Assembly: GCF_964204645.1 (NCBI RefSeq)
Contig: NC_134026.1
Coordinates: forward strand, 15,410,150 to 15,474,149
Length of the DNA: 64,000 nucleotides
Source: Tubulanus polymorphus
Taxonomy: Eukaryota > Animalia > Nemertea
Reading direction: 5' to 3'
Of this stretch, positions 25,395-38,605 are shown in pieces. Positions within the stretch are counted from its first letter, which is position 1. Each line of letters opens with the position of its first letter. Both the position numbers and the translations under genes were made by a program. The notes under the pieces are model-generated. The model saw only the letters and a list, made by a program, of their open reading frames with translations. It did not search any database and was not told the DNA's origin.

Positions 25395-26232
25395 CATCAT
25401 CATGAAGTTTTTGTTGTGGCTGTTACTCATCTGTTTTAAGAGGTATTCACTGATATGCAGTTTGATATGCAGTTTGAAACTGGAGTGGTTGGATAGAGCA
25501 TAAACCTGAAAAGGATTACTTGCAAAAAGTTTCAGCTCATATGGATCTTTGAGAAAATAAGCCCAGAAAACAAGCATATTTTAAAATTACGATGGTATCG
25601 AATTCTAAATTACATTTCAGCACAAGTAATGATATATACATATATATTTGTTATACATGTAAATGTAATTGATACGTTTAAAAACATGGATCCACCCTGC
25701 CCGGCGAGGCGGGACCTGTTCCTTTTCCCAAACTGGAACTTCCGATCATCTCGACGAAATCTCAAGGTCCATGGACCTCTTGTATAGAACTGTTCTACCT
25801 TTGTACTTGTGACTCCGGGAAAACCTATTACAGTCATACCATGATTTAACGCCCCCCGATTCTACGTTTCATCCCCGATTCAACCTTGTCTACCGCCTGG
25901 ATTTCAAGGGAAGCTGAACATTCGTATTTAAATTGTACAGGAAAAACCCTGACTTACAGCCCCTTGCTTACTGCCACCACCAACGTAATCTCCTATTACA
26001 ATCCTATACAAATGTACAATATTTCCCGATTGACCGCCAAAGAAAGGTTGAGTAACTTGATCTTTTAATATGTTACGAGACGCCACCATAAAACTATACG
26101 ATGACCTCACTGTGTTGCAAGTCTCGCCCTCCAGTAAGGTACGGTAATTGAAACAATTTTATTAGATGGCATTGACAGCCCGAAACGAATTGAATAATCG
26201 GTAAAAGAAAAATGGGAGGAATAAAGATCCAT

Positions 26233-26234
<2 letters not shown>

Positions 26235-26286
<52 letters not shown>

Positions 26287-26295
26287 TATATATAT

Positions 26296-26336
<41 letters not shown>

Positions 26337-26351
26337 TATGTATATATATAT
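26235..26351. repeat. (AT)n / (ATGT) microsatellite just upstream of the signature-motif exon
   Basis: Direct reading. Confidence 0.95.
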
Positions 26352-26373
26352 TGATATTTTTGAATCTTTGTAG

Positions 26374-26526
26374 GTGCAACCAACCCTAACTAACGGAGAA
26401 GGTTCACGAGATATGAGGGCACTCTCAGGGGGAGAACGATCATTTGCTACTGTGTGCTTTCTGTTGGCTCTTTGGGATGCAATGGAATCACCTTTTCGAT
26501 GTCTAGATGAGTTTGACGTTTACATG
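26374..26526 (+). CDS. SMC6: SMC6 exon with the ABC signature and Walker B (VQP...[39 protein letters not shown])
   Basis: Acceptor ctttgtag, donor gtaagg; 153 nt; LSGGERSF and [13 protein letters not shown] are diagnostic of SMC6/Rad18. Confidence 0.97.
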
Positions 26527-26753
26527 GTAAGGTTGATTGAACCATTTCACACTTTTATGAGGCCACCGGTAGGCTGAGCCTATTACATTACAAATGGAGC
26601 AAATTTAATTGACTATGGATTCCTGAGCTAAGGCCTTTTGACTGCGCACGCTAAACACACAGTCACTCGTGACAGCATACCAATGCTCACATTGGCGTGC
26701 GCGTTATGATTATGTTTTCATACCGTGTTTGAATGAAAAGTTTTTAAAATGAT

Positions 26754-29502
26754 ATATAGCTGCCAAGCAGCGATGACGGGTTTTCTGCAAAGCCATTCAG
26801 AAAGATGGGAATTGTAGTAAATTGAAATATCGATACATAGAATAAAATGCATTGACAGATTCGAAACTTATATGCTACCACTGTGTAAACGTCAAATATG
26901 ATTCAGCTTTGAAACCGAACATACGCGGACGTACAATCACAAATATTAATTTATTTGCGTCCAGGCATTTATTTTTTGCATTCAAATATCATGATACTGT
27001 ATTATCACCATGCTTAAAAATGGATCTGTCCTATTAAGAACTCATCTTAAGCACCTGCTGAGTCGATAGATTGAGTGAATTTACAGATAAGAACGTATTA
27101 TGATTTAGAATAGATTGAGAAGTTTATGTTTTTATTGATATATTTGAATAAATACATATATTGTAGTGTAGATTCAATGAATAAATTATGAATTGATCTG
27201 GTCTGGGTTTCCGGCTGATGTTGATTTTGGCTTTTATGGATTAAAAATTCTATAGTGATAAACAATTGATGCCTGCAACAAGTGTGTAAATCAAACCTAT
27301 TTCACTAGTTGCGTGTGTTTCCTAATAAACGGGAGAGTCACTCTTGATCTGAGTTATTAGAAAAATAATGTTCATTTAGTTATAGAAATGCATTGCCTTT
27401 TTGGAAATTCTGTAATAACATTTGTTCTGTCCTAATTTTTATTACTGTATGAACCAATGATATGTGAATATGATGTAATAAAATAAATTTGAATTTGAAT
27501 TAAATTTGAACATGAGAATCAAGCATAACTTGTGTTTTTTCAACTTCTCTTTTGTCAACAGTTCCAGAGTTTCAATTACAATAAAATCCAAATTGGCGAA
27601 AAAGTACATAGGACTAAATGAAATGAACTGTTAGTTACTGCAAACCTATTCCGGTGTTATGTCGATCGTGTTGAATCACTTTCCTCGAGTTGAAAGAATC
27701 AGATCTTCTATGGTGCAACATCGGTCGAAGAGAGATATCTTGGTGTTGACTGTCCTTGACCATCTAACTGCATGCTTTTGACATTGGAATCAGCATCATA
27801 CCCATTTGAACTGCAAAATATTCATACAACATGAAAACCTACAGTACATGTATACAGTAATCAAACTTACACCGATGTTGGATATTTGAATGAACGTTGG
27901 GCTTACTTCAGTATTCTAAAGCAGGAAATAATAAGCCCAATCAATAGGCCCTATTCCCATTGGAACAATTGTATAATGCGTACGCTATACTGTACTCTTA
28001 TCAGTCAAGAATGGAGAAATCGGTATATCAAACCTACGAACAGCAAAATGTACAGGCCTAATGATTTCTGGTATACAAGCCGTGACCACATGAACGTTTT
28101 GGTTTGACTATTAATGTCAGCCGGTCAGAGAAGGCCTGGCCAAATTTAATCACATGGCTCAAATCAATTAAAAAAGTTGTGTTTGTAGTACATAGGCATG
28201 GTAGGCTTGTCGTACTCACTTAATACTTAAAACGCTGTTGTTACCTGTACGTGACTGTACGGCGATTTGTACAGGTTAGCCGTATGTGGGTACGTTGACG
28301 CTCAGACATGCAATATTGGGATTCGAAACCAAACGAAAAAAAATCCAGTTGTAGTCCAGTGATTTACCCACAGTGCCACAGAACGTAACTGCAGGGTGGA
28401 TGAAATTTGATTTACAAATAGCCTAGCCTCACCTAACCCAAACTATTCTATCACGCATGCGCGTTTGCAGATTATAGAAACTCACATACGGCGTTTTTAG
28501 GGAACTCACGTACGGTTAACCTGTGGATATCACCGTACAGTCACGTACGGGTAACAACTTCGTACTTAAAAAATGGTATTGGCTACTAGGAACTCACATA
28601 CGGCGTTAGTAGGGAACTCACGTACGGTTAACCTGTGGAGATCACCATACAGTCACGTACGGCTAACAACTACGTACTTAAAATGGTATTGGCTACTATA
28701 TAATAGGCCTATAGACAAATAAATACCGGTACTGCGGTAGGCTTTCTTAGCTTCCACACTTCACAACCAAACCAACTGACCAACCAGTATATTTAGTCCC
28801 AGTGCGCACCAACCGGCACAGGCCTAACACTGTTTGTCAACTGTGTGTACCGTAGTAGGCTATCAATAATCACCTGATACTTTTCTGTCGTTTGTTTTCT
28901 CTCTGAGACGAACGTAATTCTAGTAGCCCTACGCGACTCAACGACCTTGATCTAAACTTGATCAATTCAAAATCTGTTTATTAACGCTTTTGGTTACATG
29001 AACTGATCAGCAATATACTTAAATGAAATAACCGGAATAACAAGAAATCTAAAATATTAAAGAGCTAACAAACAAATGCCCTGTCAGAAAGGCGAACGCC
29101 GGACTCGTAAACTCATGGACTCGGACCCGCTGAGCAATAAATTCATAAAATTCACTTTGAAATTGATTGTGGAGAAGAGAGGGAATTATTCGATAGCTCT
29201 TCCTCATAAAGAAGAGAGAAATTTCGGAAAGAAAACACAACATGGCTACTAATTGAACGGAGCCAAATTTCCAATGTTTACGGCTCGACAGTGCCTTTAT
29301 AACGTGGATTTATCAAAATTCCCATGCAGTATCTGGAGATTGAAGTGAGCTGAAGGATATCATACGGATTGTATCCGCAACAGCGGTAAGGTAAGGAAGC
29401 CTTTACACTTTTAACAAAAACTGTGTGGAAAAGGGTAAAAAAAAATAATAATCACGCGAATTTCAATAGGGTTTTCTGTGAAGAAACAGAAAACCCTAAT
29501 AA
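26754..29502 (-). mobile_element. Helentron-like non-autonomous family C, apparently full length (~2.75 kb)
   Basis: Minus-strand 5' hairpin tagggttttctg-tttcttca-cagaaaacccta; 3' subTIR cagaaaaccc followed by hairpin gctgc-ttg-gcagc-tatat; the same 3' end occurs at 10760 (-) and ~54680 (+). Confidence 0.7.
28233..28562. mobile_element. MITE with 9-bp TSD (Mutator-like), 330 bp
   Basis: Imperfect ~55-bp TIR cgctgttgttacctgtacgtgactgtacgg / ccgtacagtcacgtacgggtaacaacttcg; tacttaaaa on both sides. Confidence 0.75.
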
Positions 29503-29656
29503 ACTTTCAATGAATATTTCATCGTGTCCTGAAAAATACTAAGTAGTAGACAACTATGAATAAACGTCGAGATAAATATTTCTTCAGCTGGTAAAACCTG
29601 GGGTTGAAGACTCATTGACTTAACAGTGGTTTTTACTGTATTTCGTGTGGCCAGGC

Positions 29657-32600
29657 TTTTTAGCCCACTTGGGACTTTAGTCCCAGCGGGCTATTGCGTT
29701 CACTTTTCGTCCATCCCTTCGTCCGTCCGTCCGTCCGTAGACGGAATCCAGTTATTTTGGGAAGTTTTGAAGACGCTTCAAGGTAACGTCTTGATATTTG
29801 GATTACACATGTATCTACCCTAGACACATCTTCAGCCCAAAAACTGACCCTGTCAGAATCAAGATGGCCGACTAGCAGCCATTGTTGTTCGCCAAAATCA
29901 GCACTTTTTACACATTTTTGAACTTTTTGAGGGAAATTTTGAAGACGCATTGATCAATTACCTTGATCTGTCGAATATATGTGAATCCACCCAGGGCCCA
30001 TCAACATAACAAAAATTGGATCGGTCGGACTCAAGATGGCCTCCTATCCCCTTTTTAGTGCCCAAAAATGTTAATTTTGGCCCGAATTCTGAGTCCTGTA
30101 GCTTCCTACTGTTTTGCCATTTCTCATTGCAATTTGTGATGGGTATTCTTTGGAAAGGGATGTTTTATACCTGAGACAGGTATTTTCATCAGCCAATTAT
30201 GACGCAATAAGCCTTTTTACAGTTTCCAGGCGCCATTTTTTTGGGTACCCGCCGGGTCCGCATTGTTGAATTTTTTGTCCCTATTTTTCTCCGGTTTAAT
30301 TTCTTTATTTCGTTCATATCTCTGGATTTGATAAAGATAGAAACAAAGTAGAAATATCGATGAACTCGGCTGAAAACAAACTTTTTTATGATATCACTCA
30401 TTTATAAAGTTAATGCAACAATGTGCGCTGGTGAAGTTATAAACATTGATATCGTCTTCCCGATAATTCAACTTGAATTATTGTCATCCCATTCAAAAGT
30501 TCGTAATTCTTACAAATATTAATCAACATTTTTGAAATTTTCAGGATCAATAGCCATCTATATGTGGTCTTATATACGTTTTACTGTTTTCAATTATCTT
30601 TATTAGTTTTTAAGTAATTGCGAGTCAAACTTCCAAAACACGTTTTCTAGAGTATCATGTGTGCATATTTATATCAAGAAATTTGCCAATTTAACCGGTC
30701 CTACATTGTTAAAATCAAAATTTTCAGTAACTATGGAAACAAGGGCACCTAGTTATTTGAAAAAAATGGTAAATAGAGATATATTTCTAGTAACACAGGG
30801 ACAGACTACGGGTTTGGAGGGTCGGTAGTCCGGACCCCTGCTCCTTCCCATTAAGATTACCATCTTTGTCAAGACAGTGATCGCATAAAACTTACAAATC
30901 TAACACTCATCCTCTTGCAAATTAAATTGTTTTGGATGTATTTGTTTCAACACCGAGGGGCACCCTACTCACAGCCTTAAACCACGGAAAATGTCCTTAT
31001 TTTTGGACCCCTCTCCCAATCATCTAAGATAGTCAAAAAAGTCGAAATAAGTCTTAGTGTCAGGCATTTAAGTTTCATTGATCTCCCGTCTATATTATAT
31101 CGTTTCACAGTATATTGCATCAATGAAATATGGCCGTTGGCAGGTGATTCTGGAGCCAGTTGCTCAAAAGTTAACCATCAGAAATACCATGGTGTAATGG
31201 CGAGCACTCGGTCTTCAGTTAAATACCGGTACCCGATTTAAATTTTTGAATTTTCAGCAGCAGCTCCACACAAATGGAGGCAGCCACGGCCGTGTCAAAC
31301 TTGACGCTTGCAAACCGTTGGATCGGCTTTGCTTTTTTGAGAATGTTCGATGTTCGATCTTTATTACTGAACGTGACAAGAGCTGGAAGGTGTTTCAAAT
31401 TGAATTTGAATATATTTGGCTTAGTCGATTGTGTTGGAAAGATTGGAACTTTGGAATATATTAGTAAGGAACATAACTTTCGTTTACTTTCTGTCAAAAT
31501 TGATCTCGTGTGTTTGATAGTTGTTTTGAGATTTGGCACGAATTCCAAGTCAGTTTTGATCACACAAGGTCTTCACGTAAGTAGCCATGCAAATTTGCGA
31601 CGGCAATGCGACGCAGCATTGAGACTGTGGTCCTCATACATGTGCCACATAATGTCTGACTTTCACATTTGCAATCGTATACCCGTACGTGCAGTTTTGG
31701 AATCGAATGAAACACGTTGGACAAAATGATCTGTTGTGAACCTAGGTAGCTGGTTAAAGCAACACCTGGGTTATTTTGTTTATTTTGACAAATCCTAGAG
31801 AATATATATCTTTAATAACCATTTTTCAAAAACCTAGGTGCCCTTATTTCCATGGTTACTTACTAAATTGATTTTCAACAAAGTAGGGACCGGTGAAATT
31901 GTGAAATTTCCTGATATAAAGATGCACCCAGGGGACCCGGGAAAACGTGTTTTGGAAGTTTGACTCGCAGTTACTTAAAAACTAATAAAGATAATTGAAA
32001 ACGGTAAAAGGTATATAAGACCACATATAGATGGCTATTGGTCCTGAAAATTTCAAAAATGTAGATTAATATTTGTAAGAATTACGAACTTTTGAATGGG
32101 ATGAGCAATAATTCAAGTTGAATTATCGGGAAGACGATATCAATGTTTATAACTTCACCAGCGCACATTGTTGCATTAACTTTATAAATGAGTGATATCA
32201 TAAAAAAGTTTATTATCAGCCGAGTTCATCGATATTTTTACTTTGTTTCTATCTTAATCAAATCCAGAGATATGAACGAAATAAAAAAATTAAACCGGAG
32301 AAAAATAGGGACAAAAAATTCAACAATGCGGACCCGGCGGGTACCCAAAAAAATGGCGCCTGGAAACTGTAAAAAGGCTTATTGGCGGCCATCTTTGTGT
32401 CACCAGTACTCATTCATAAGTGGGAAAAAGTTTTTCCACATTATATTGATACCTAAGCATATTTTGCTACCACAATCAATTAGAAAGTTGTAGCTCATAA
32501 CGTGTTCTATGATTGTGGTGAGTTTCAAGGTAATTGGATTTCGTATATGGCCACCAGGGGGCGTTGAATAATACAATATCTTAGCATTTCTTTATTATAT

Positions 32601-33103
32601 TCGTACCTATGCATATTTTGTAACCACAATCAATTGGAAAGTTGTAGCTCATGACATCATCTATGATTGTTGCGAGTTTTAAGGACATTAGTTTTTCTAT
32701 ATGGTCACCAGGGGGCGTTGAATAGTAGAATAACTTAGTATTTCCTTATTATATTGGTACCTAGGCATATTTTGTTACCATGATCAATTGCAAAGTTGTA
32801 GTTCATGACATGTTCTATGATTGTGGTGAGTTTCGAGGTCATTGGGTTTTGAATATGGTCACCAGAGGGCGTTGAATAGTAGAATAACTTAGTTTTTCCA
32901 TATTAAATTGGTTACGAGGCATATTTTGTTATCACAATTAATTACAAAATCGTAGCTGCTGACATGTTCTATGATTTTGGTGAATTTCAAGGTCGTTGGT
33001 TTTTGTAAATGGTCACCAGGGGGCGTTGAATATTGAAATTGTTAGATTGTTGAGCATTTGAAACCACTTCCCAAGTGGGCATGGTGTCCCTGGACCCCTA
33101 GTT
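29657..33103 (+). mobile_element. Helentron/DINE-like family A, full copy interrupted by a long-TIR element
   Basis: Both termini present, (gtcc)n, four ~154-bp units at ~32440-33030. Confidence 0.9.
30209..32380. mobile_element. Non-autonomous DNA transposon with very long TIRs and AT TSD (ISL2EU/PHIS-like), 2172 bp
   Basis: Ends aagcctttttacagtttccaggcgcc / ggcgcctggaaactgtaaaaaggctt; inverted match near-perfect for ~440 bp and degenerate to ~580 bp; empty site gacgcaattggcgg seen in other family A copies. Confidence 0.88.
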
Positions 33104-34082
33104 TATTTTGAAGGTAGGTTTAATGACGAACGCGAAATAAAAATGAAAATAAAATTCTCTTTTGTATTTTCTTTTCAAACGATTATTTTCCTGACTTTAT
33201 TAATAGATATTTTCACCCTTGGGGAAAACCCACTACTCAACCTTTCATCACCTGATAGTGGCAGCACCTATCGCTAAATTAAATGCCACATTTTGAACAT
33301 ACTGAGAACACTTGATGTTTTTTATCCTTCTGATCCTCCTAATTTTGGTTCTCACTGACCAGAGGAACAATGAAAAATTTACTAAGTAAAGAATATTCAA
33401 TTTTATTTTTTTGATTAATTCTGTTTTCTGATACTACTGATAGTCTAAAGGAAACTACTGTTTTTATGATATAAAACTACTGATGCTTAATTGGAAACTA
33501 CTGACAGACTAAATATTCATTAAAACTGCTGATGAGATTGTTGTGTCATGGCGGCTAGGTAGCTGAGTCCGTTCGTGTTGGTGGTGGAAATACTTTATTT
33601 CATGGCGGCTTCATGGGTTATTTCAACAGTTGTTTATGGATTACAAGTTGTTTGGAATCAATGAGTGACTCTTGACATCTGCTAACATCTGTGGTATTTT
33701 TCAACTCTTTGCATACATGGAAAAGGACTTTAAAGCCTTTTAGTAATATTGCTTATATCGCATAGTCTGTTTAAAAAACCTACTGTACTGTTCTTAATGG
33801 GTATGAAGTCCTGTACGCGAAATCTCGTTCCGCATGATTAGACATAATTTAAGTAATGTTTATTCCGGACGCCGTAAAAACGGCATTGTATAATATGAAT
33901 AATCTGTACGGTAGGATGCATACAGTCGTTTCTATCATCGGACTGTCCAGTGCAATTAGCCTGATGGCCTGCTGTATCTACGCCTGGTTTGAAATGATAT
34001 GGAACTATAAAGCTCGTGTGATTAATTTTCACAGTATTTATATTGTATGCTGCAGTGTATTCACAATCTTGTTAATCCCTGG

Positions 34083-35098
34083 TTTTTAGCCCACTTGGGA
34101 CTTTTGTCGGACTCAAGATGGCCGAAGCTTCCAATTGGCTTCCAATTTTTTTGGCATTTCTCATGGCAATTTTTGATGGGTATTCTTTGGAAATGGAAGT
34201 TTTATACCTGTGACAGGTATTTTTGATCAGCCAATTTTTGCGCAATTGGTGGCCATCTTGGTGTCATCAGTACCCATTCGTAGGTGGGTAAAGGTTTTTC
34301 GCATTATATCAATACCTAAGCATAATTTGTTACCACAATCCATTAGAAAGTTGTAGCCCATAACATGTTCTATGATTTTGGTGAGTTTCAAGGTCATTGG
34401 TTTTGTATATGGCCACCAGGGGGCGATGAATAATACAATAACTTGGAATTTCTATATTATGTTCGTGCCTATGCATATTTTGTTACCACAATCAATTGCA
34501 AAGTTGTAGCTCATGACATTGTCTATGATTGTGCTGAGTTTTAAGGACATTAGTTATTCTATGTGATCTCCAGGGGGGTGTTGAATAGTACAATAACTTA
34601 GTATTTCCTTATTAGATTGGTACCTATGCATATTTTTGTTACCATGATCAATTGCAAAGTTGTAGTTCATGACATGGTCTATGATTGTGGTGAGTTTCAA
34701 GGTAATTGGTTTTTGTAATGGCCACCAGGTTGCGTTGAACAATACAATAACGTAGTATTTCTATATTATATTCGTACCTATGCATATTTTGTAACCACAA
34801 TCAATTGGAAAGTTGTAGCTCATGTCATGGTCTATGATTGCGGTAAGTTTCAAGGACATAAATTATTCCATATGTCAATAGGGGGCGTTGAATAGTAGAA
34901 TAACTTAGTATTTCCTTGTTATATTGCTTATTACTTATACCTAAGCATATTTTGTTACCACAATCGATTACAATTGTAGCTGCTGACATGTGCTATGATT
35001 GTGGTGAGATTTTATGGATGAATGTTAAAATTGTTGAATTGTTGAGCATTTGAAACCACTTCCCACTTCCCCTGGGCATGGTGTCCCTGGACCCCTAG
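34083..35098 (+). mobile_element. Helentron/DINE-like family A, older internally deleted copy
   Basis: 5' tttttagcccacttggga, diverged 154-bp units, 3' ggcatggtgtccctggacccctag. Confidence 0.85.
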
Positions 35099-35109
35099 CT
35101 ACAATATAT

Positions 35110-36250
35110 CTTCGCTGATCACGATTCCGAATCTGTTAATGTCATGTGGTGATGTAGAGTCTGATCCCGATCCGATCGATGGCTTATTCATTATCTATAA
35201 TAATGTCAACAGCCTGACAGCAGACGATAATTTACATTTTGATTATCATGAACCATGGCAAGTGCAAATAGATATGGTGTTATTGCCCTCAGTGAAGTTG
35301 GGAACATAAGAGATAAATTGTATGATTATAGTCTACAAGACTATGAAATTGCTTACTATACTTCAGAAATTCGTGGTATGCTAATCTACGTTCATAATGC
35401 TTAAGCGTACAACATCAAGAATGATTTTATGTGTCCTACAAATCGGGATGCAGTTTGGCTCGAAATTACCTTATATCATTCAAAAGTGCTTGTATGGTCT
35501 TACTACAGCTCACCCTCACAACCCACCTGATAGGAGGAAACAGTTTTTCAGCCGTTTCAGGACATCTATATCCAAAATTCATCAGTACTCAAACTCCGTT
35601 AATAGCAGTGTTTTAATATTTGGGGATTTTAATGCCAAACATTCAAGCTGGTGCAAATCTGATCAAACTGATACTACTGGCCGTGAACTGTGCCAGGTGG
35701 TGAATGACTCTTTTTTTCTCAACTGGTGAACGAACGAACTCGCATCACTGGGTCCAGCAGTAGCTGTATTGATTTATTGATTACCGGCTCACCGGGCCGT
35801 GTCCTTGGTAATGTGGAAGTTCCCATTTGCAATTCCGATCATTGTGCGATTTTGGGTACAATTTCAAAACATACTATTAGATAAACTGGATGTACTTTTA
35901 AACTTTTATGGCTTTATGATAAATGCAATGTTCCAAAGTTGAATGAAGTGGTTCGTAGCCAGGACTGGAGTACACTGTTAGACGCTGAAGATATAGTAAT
36001 TTAGTTTTAACCTGATTTAATAATCGTTTACAAAATCTTATGAGTAAACATATTCCCTGTAAAGTACCCAGACCGATGCTTCTTGGATAGATTATGACGC
36101 CTAAAGAGAAATTAGAAAACGCAATAGGCTTTTTAGAAAATATAAAACAACCAAAAATTTGTCTCATTATTATTTGTATAGAGATAAATGTAATATTGTC
36201 AAAAATTTGATTCAATCCCTCAAAATCAACTATGATAATCGGCTCCTCAG
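35110..36250 (+). mobile_element. CR1-group LINE ORF2 remnant, part 1: APE endonuclease
   Basis: Broken frames give LLMSCGDVESDP, YNNVNSL, IALSE, FGDFNAKHSSWC, CIDL, SDHCAI. Confidence 0.8.
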
Positions 36251-36272
36251 CTATAAAATACATCCACTTTGT

Positions 36273-38250
36273 GTAAGTTGCTCATACAGTTGTGCATGCA
36301 CTCTTTTGCGTTTTTGCAAACTGCTCATGCATACATTATTCTTGCTCATGCGAGCATATGTCACTGCTCATACGAATATCTTAAAATCATATTCCAATAA
36401 AGGCATGAGCTTAAATTCTTGCTCGTGCGTATCAATGTACATGTCGAGAAGGTTCATTAGAAACATTGCACATACGACCAGTGGTACTGTCGAAAGGCCA
36501 AAAAAGTGTAGTTTAACCACTCAACGGAAGAAGAAAATAATCAGAAATGTTTGCCTATCGCCAATAATACTAATTGTAATAACAGTACACCTTTGACAAC
36601 AACAACAACAACAACAAACCGCAACAGCAACAACATGGTAGTTTCTTTCTCGTGTTCATATTCTATCCTTGCTCCCCAATTGTGATTACCATCTGACTGA
36701 AGTTCTTATCTAGATTCTGGAGTTTTATATAGCCTTTTTTTCCACTGGTCAGAACTGGTTTGAGCTGGAATTTCGTGTAACTTGCTCATAAAGTTGCTCC
36801 AGCTATTGTTTTAAATCCAGTATAAACTGGATTTAATTGCAAACTGCTCACAAATTGGCTCGGGTTATTGTTTTAAAAACCAGTATAAACTGGATTTAAT
36901 TGTAAACTGCTCACAAATTGGCTCGAGTCTATCAATTTTATTTATGCATATATAGATCTTCAACAGTTTGAAATCCTCGACAAAAATTACATATCATTAA
37001 TGGAGAAAATCATATGAAGTTTTAAAGTAAATGCACAGTTACTTCAATAATTACTTCAAATTTAAGAAGATTTCAAATTTATAATACAAATAATTAAATC
37101 AAAATACATGTAGAGCCGTTGTTTGTTGTAAAAATGTTAAAATTGTTATTGAAATGTATTACCAAATTTGTTCTCTGGTTTTATTATGATGTGAAATGAA
37201 CTACATCACAAAGTTAGTAATGATAGATTGCGACATTTTCTCCGGGGACATTTTTTCCCTGGGAGAAAAAAGCTGAATCAAAGAACAATTTTGGAAGTGA
37301 ACTTGGAACTGGCCACATCATTGTTTGGAAAATTCGTCCATTTTTAGCAGTACTAGTAGAAACTGCTCTATTTGTGTGCTCAGATGTAGAGCTGGCCAAT
37401 TATCTCGAGATCAGTTGTTAAATATGGACTGCAATTTATCAGAAGATGCATGTATATGTGCAGATTTTCATATTCTAATGCAACTACTAAACCGCCACAA
37501 TTAGGGGTATTTCTCCAGTTATTGTGTTTCAAAAATATCAGTTCAAATTAGTGGCATTAATTCATTAAGTCTATGGTTAACATTGAACTGAATGTCCTGT
37601 GCCGTTTGCTAAGGCTTTTTTTAATAGCTGGGTTTATGGGAACCGCCTCCCAAAATTTGAGGAAGTGTTATTTTTATTCCTGTCTGTGGAACAAATTCAG
37701 TGGAAAAAATGAGCAAAAAAAGATTTTTAACCTCTGCCGAATGAGAATCCTGCCTTGAATGATGAAAAAATTGAAAACGCTAGGTTCACTCTTCCATCAA
37801 AAAGTTATTTTATCTCACTGAGGTAAATTTTTCTTTATTTTTATTTGTTCCTCCGAAATGATATTTTATTTACTGTCTACCTCATAAACCAAGCGGCCAT
37901 ATTAGAAAAAGGGCCTAAGACCGTAATAATTATGAGCTATAAAATACATCCACTTTCTGTTATTATGCATAAATATCATATAGGGTATTTGTACACCGGG
38001 TAGCTAGAGTAATTCGTAAATCCAGTATTTGCAATTAATCATATTTTATCCAATATGAAGTTAAAAAACTCTTTATATATTGAGGACATGAGCAAGAATT
38101 TATACCTTGGATTTCTGCTCACATGTGTTTTGACATGCATGAACAAAATATATGCTCATACTTCTAACCATGTGCAGAAATAATGTGTCCATGAGCAACT
38201 TGCAAAAATGTAAAAGAGTGCATGCACAACTTTATGAGCAACGTACAGGT
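36273..38250. mobile_element. Non-autonomous TIR DNA element (~2 kb) inserted in the LINE; contains (CAA)n at 36597-36633
   Basis: Inverted ends gtaagttgctcatacagttgtgcatgcactctttt / aaaagagtgcatgcacaactttatgagcaacgtac, many tgctcat/atgagca subterminal motifs; TSD not resolved. Confidence 0.7.
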
Positions 38251-38399
38251 TAAGGGCTATTATTGTTGCATATAAAAAGGGCAAACTCCCGATCCCAATG
38301 ACTACAGACCCATAACTCTGCTAAGCACTATTTCAAAAATCTTTGAATGCATCATATATAATTCTCTTTCATATCATCTTCAATTAAATGATCTAATCT

Positions 38400-38605
38400 A
38401 CAGTAACCATTCTGGAATTTTACCCAGTCATTCAACCACAGTCCAAATCCTTGCAGTTAGCTCTTTTATAAATCAAAAATTGAAACTTAATCAACAGGTA
38501 CGCAGTGTGTCTGGAGTCTTGGACGTCGCTGCTTTTGACACTATCCCTCATTCTTTACTCCTGTATAAGTTATATGCTGTGAAATCTCCTCTTTCATTGG
38601 CTCAA
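38400..38605 (+). mobile_element. CR1-group LINE remnant, part 2: RT motif region
   Basis: AAFDTIPHSLLLYKL...LFHWL. Confidence 0.7.

Larger units (their letters stand above)
19285..25782 (+). mobile_element. Long composite repeat family B, copy 1, with Helentron-like 3' hairpin and nested insertions
   Basis: Collinear similarity to 59233-63894 and in part 46216-48918; ends ctcaaggtccatggacctcttgt; 5' boundary uncertain. Confidence 0.7.

Noticed and set aside
26162-26383. ORF with a YI-repeat peptide
   Set aside because: Translation of the (AT)n microsatellite, antisense to the SMC6 exon.
26374-26577. Prokaryotic SMC/Wadjet/RecN-type defence or repair operon
   Set aside because: The ATPase motifs lie in spliceosomal exons of a eukaryotic SMC6; there is no operon structure or partner gene.
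30189-32493. Two near-identical ORFs on opposite strands (MSDIIKKF...) suggesting a duplicated small gene
   Set aside because: They are the two arms of the long TIR and run out into the host element; no domain is recognisable.
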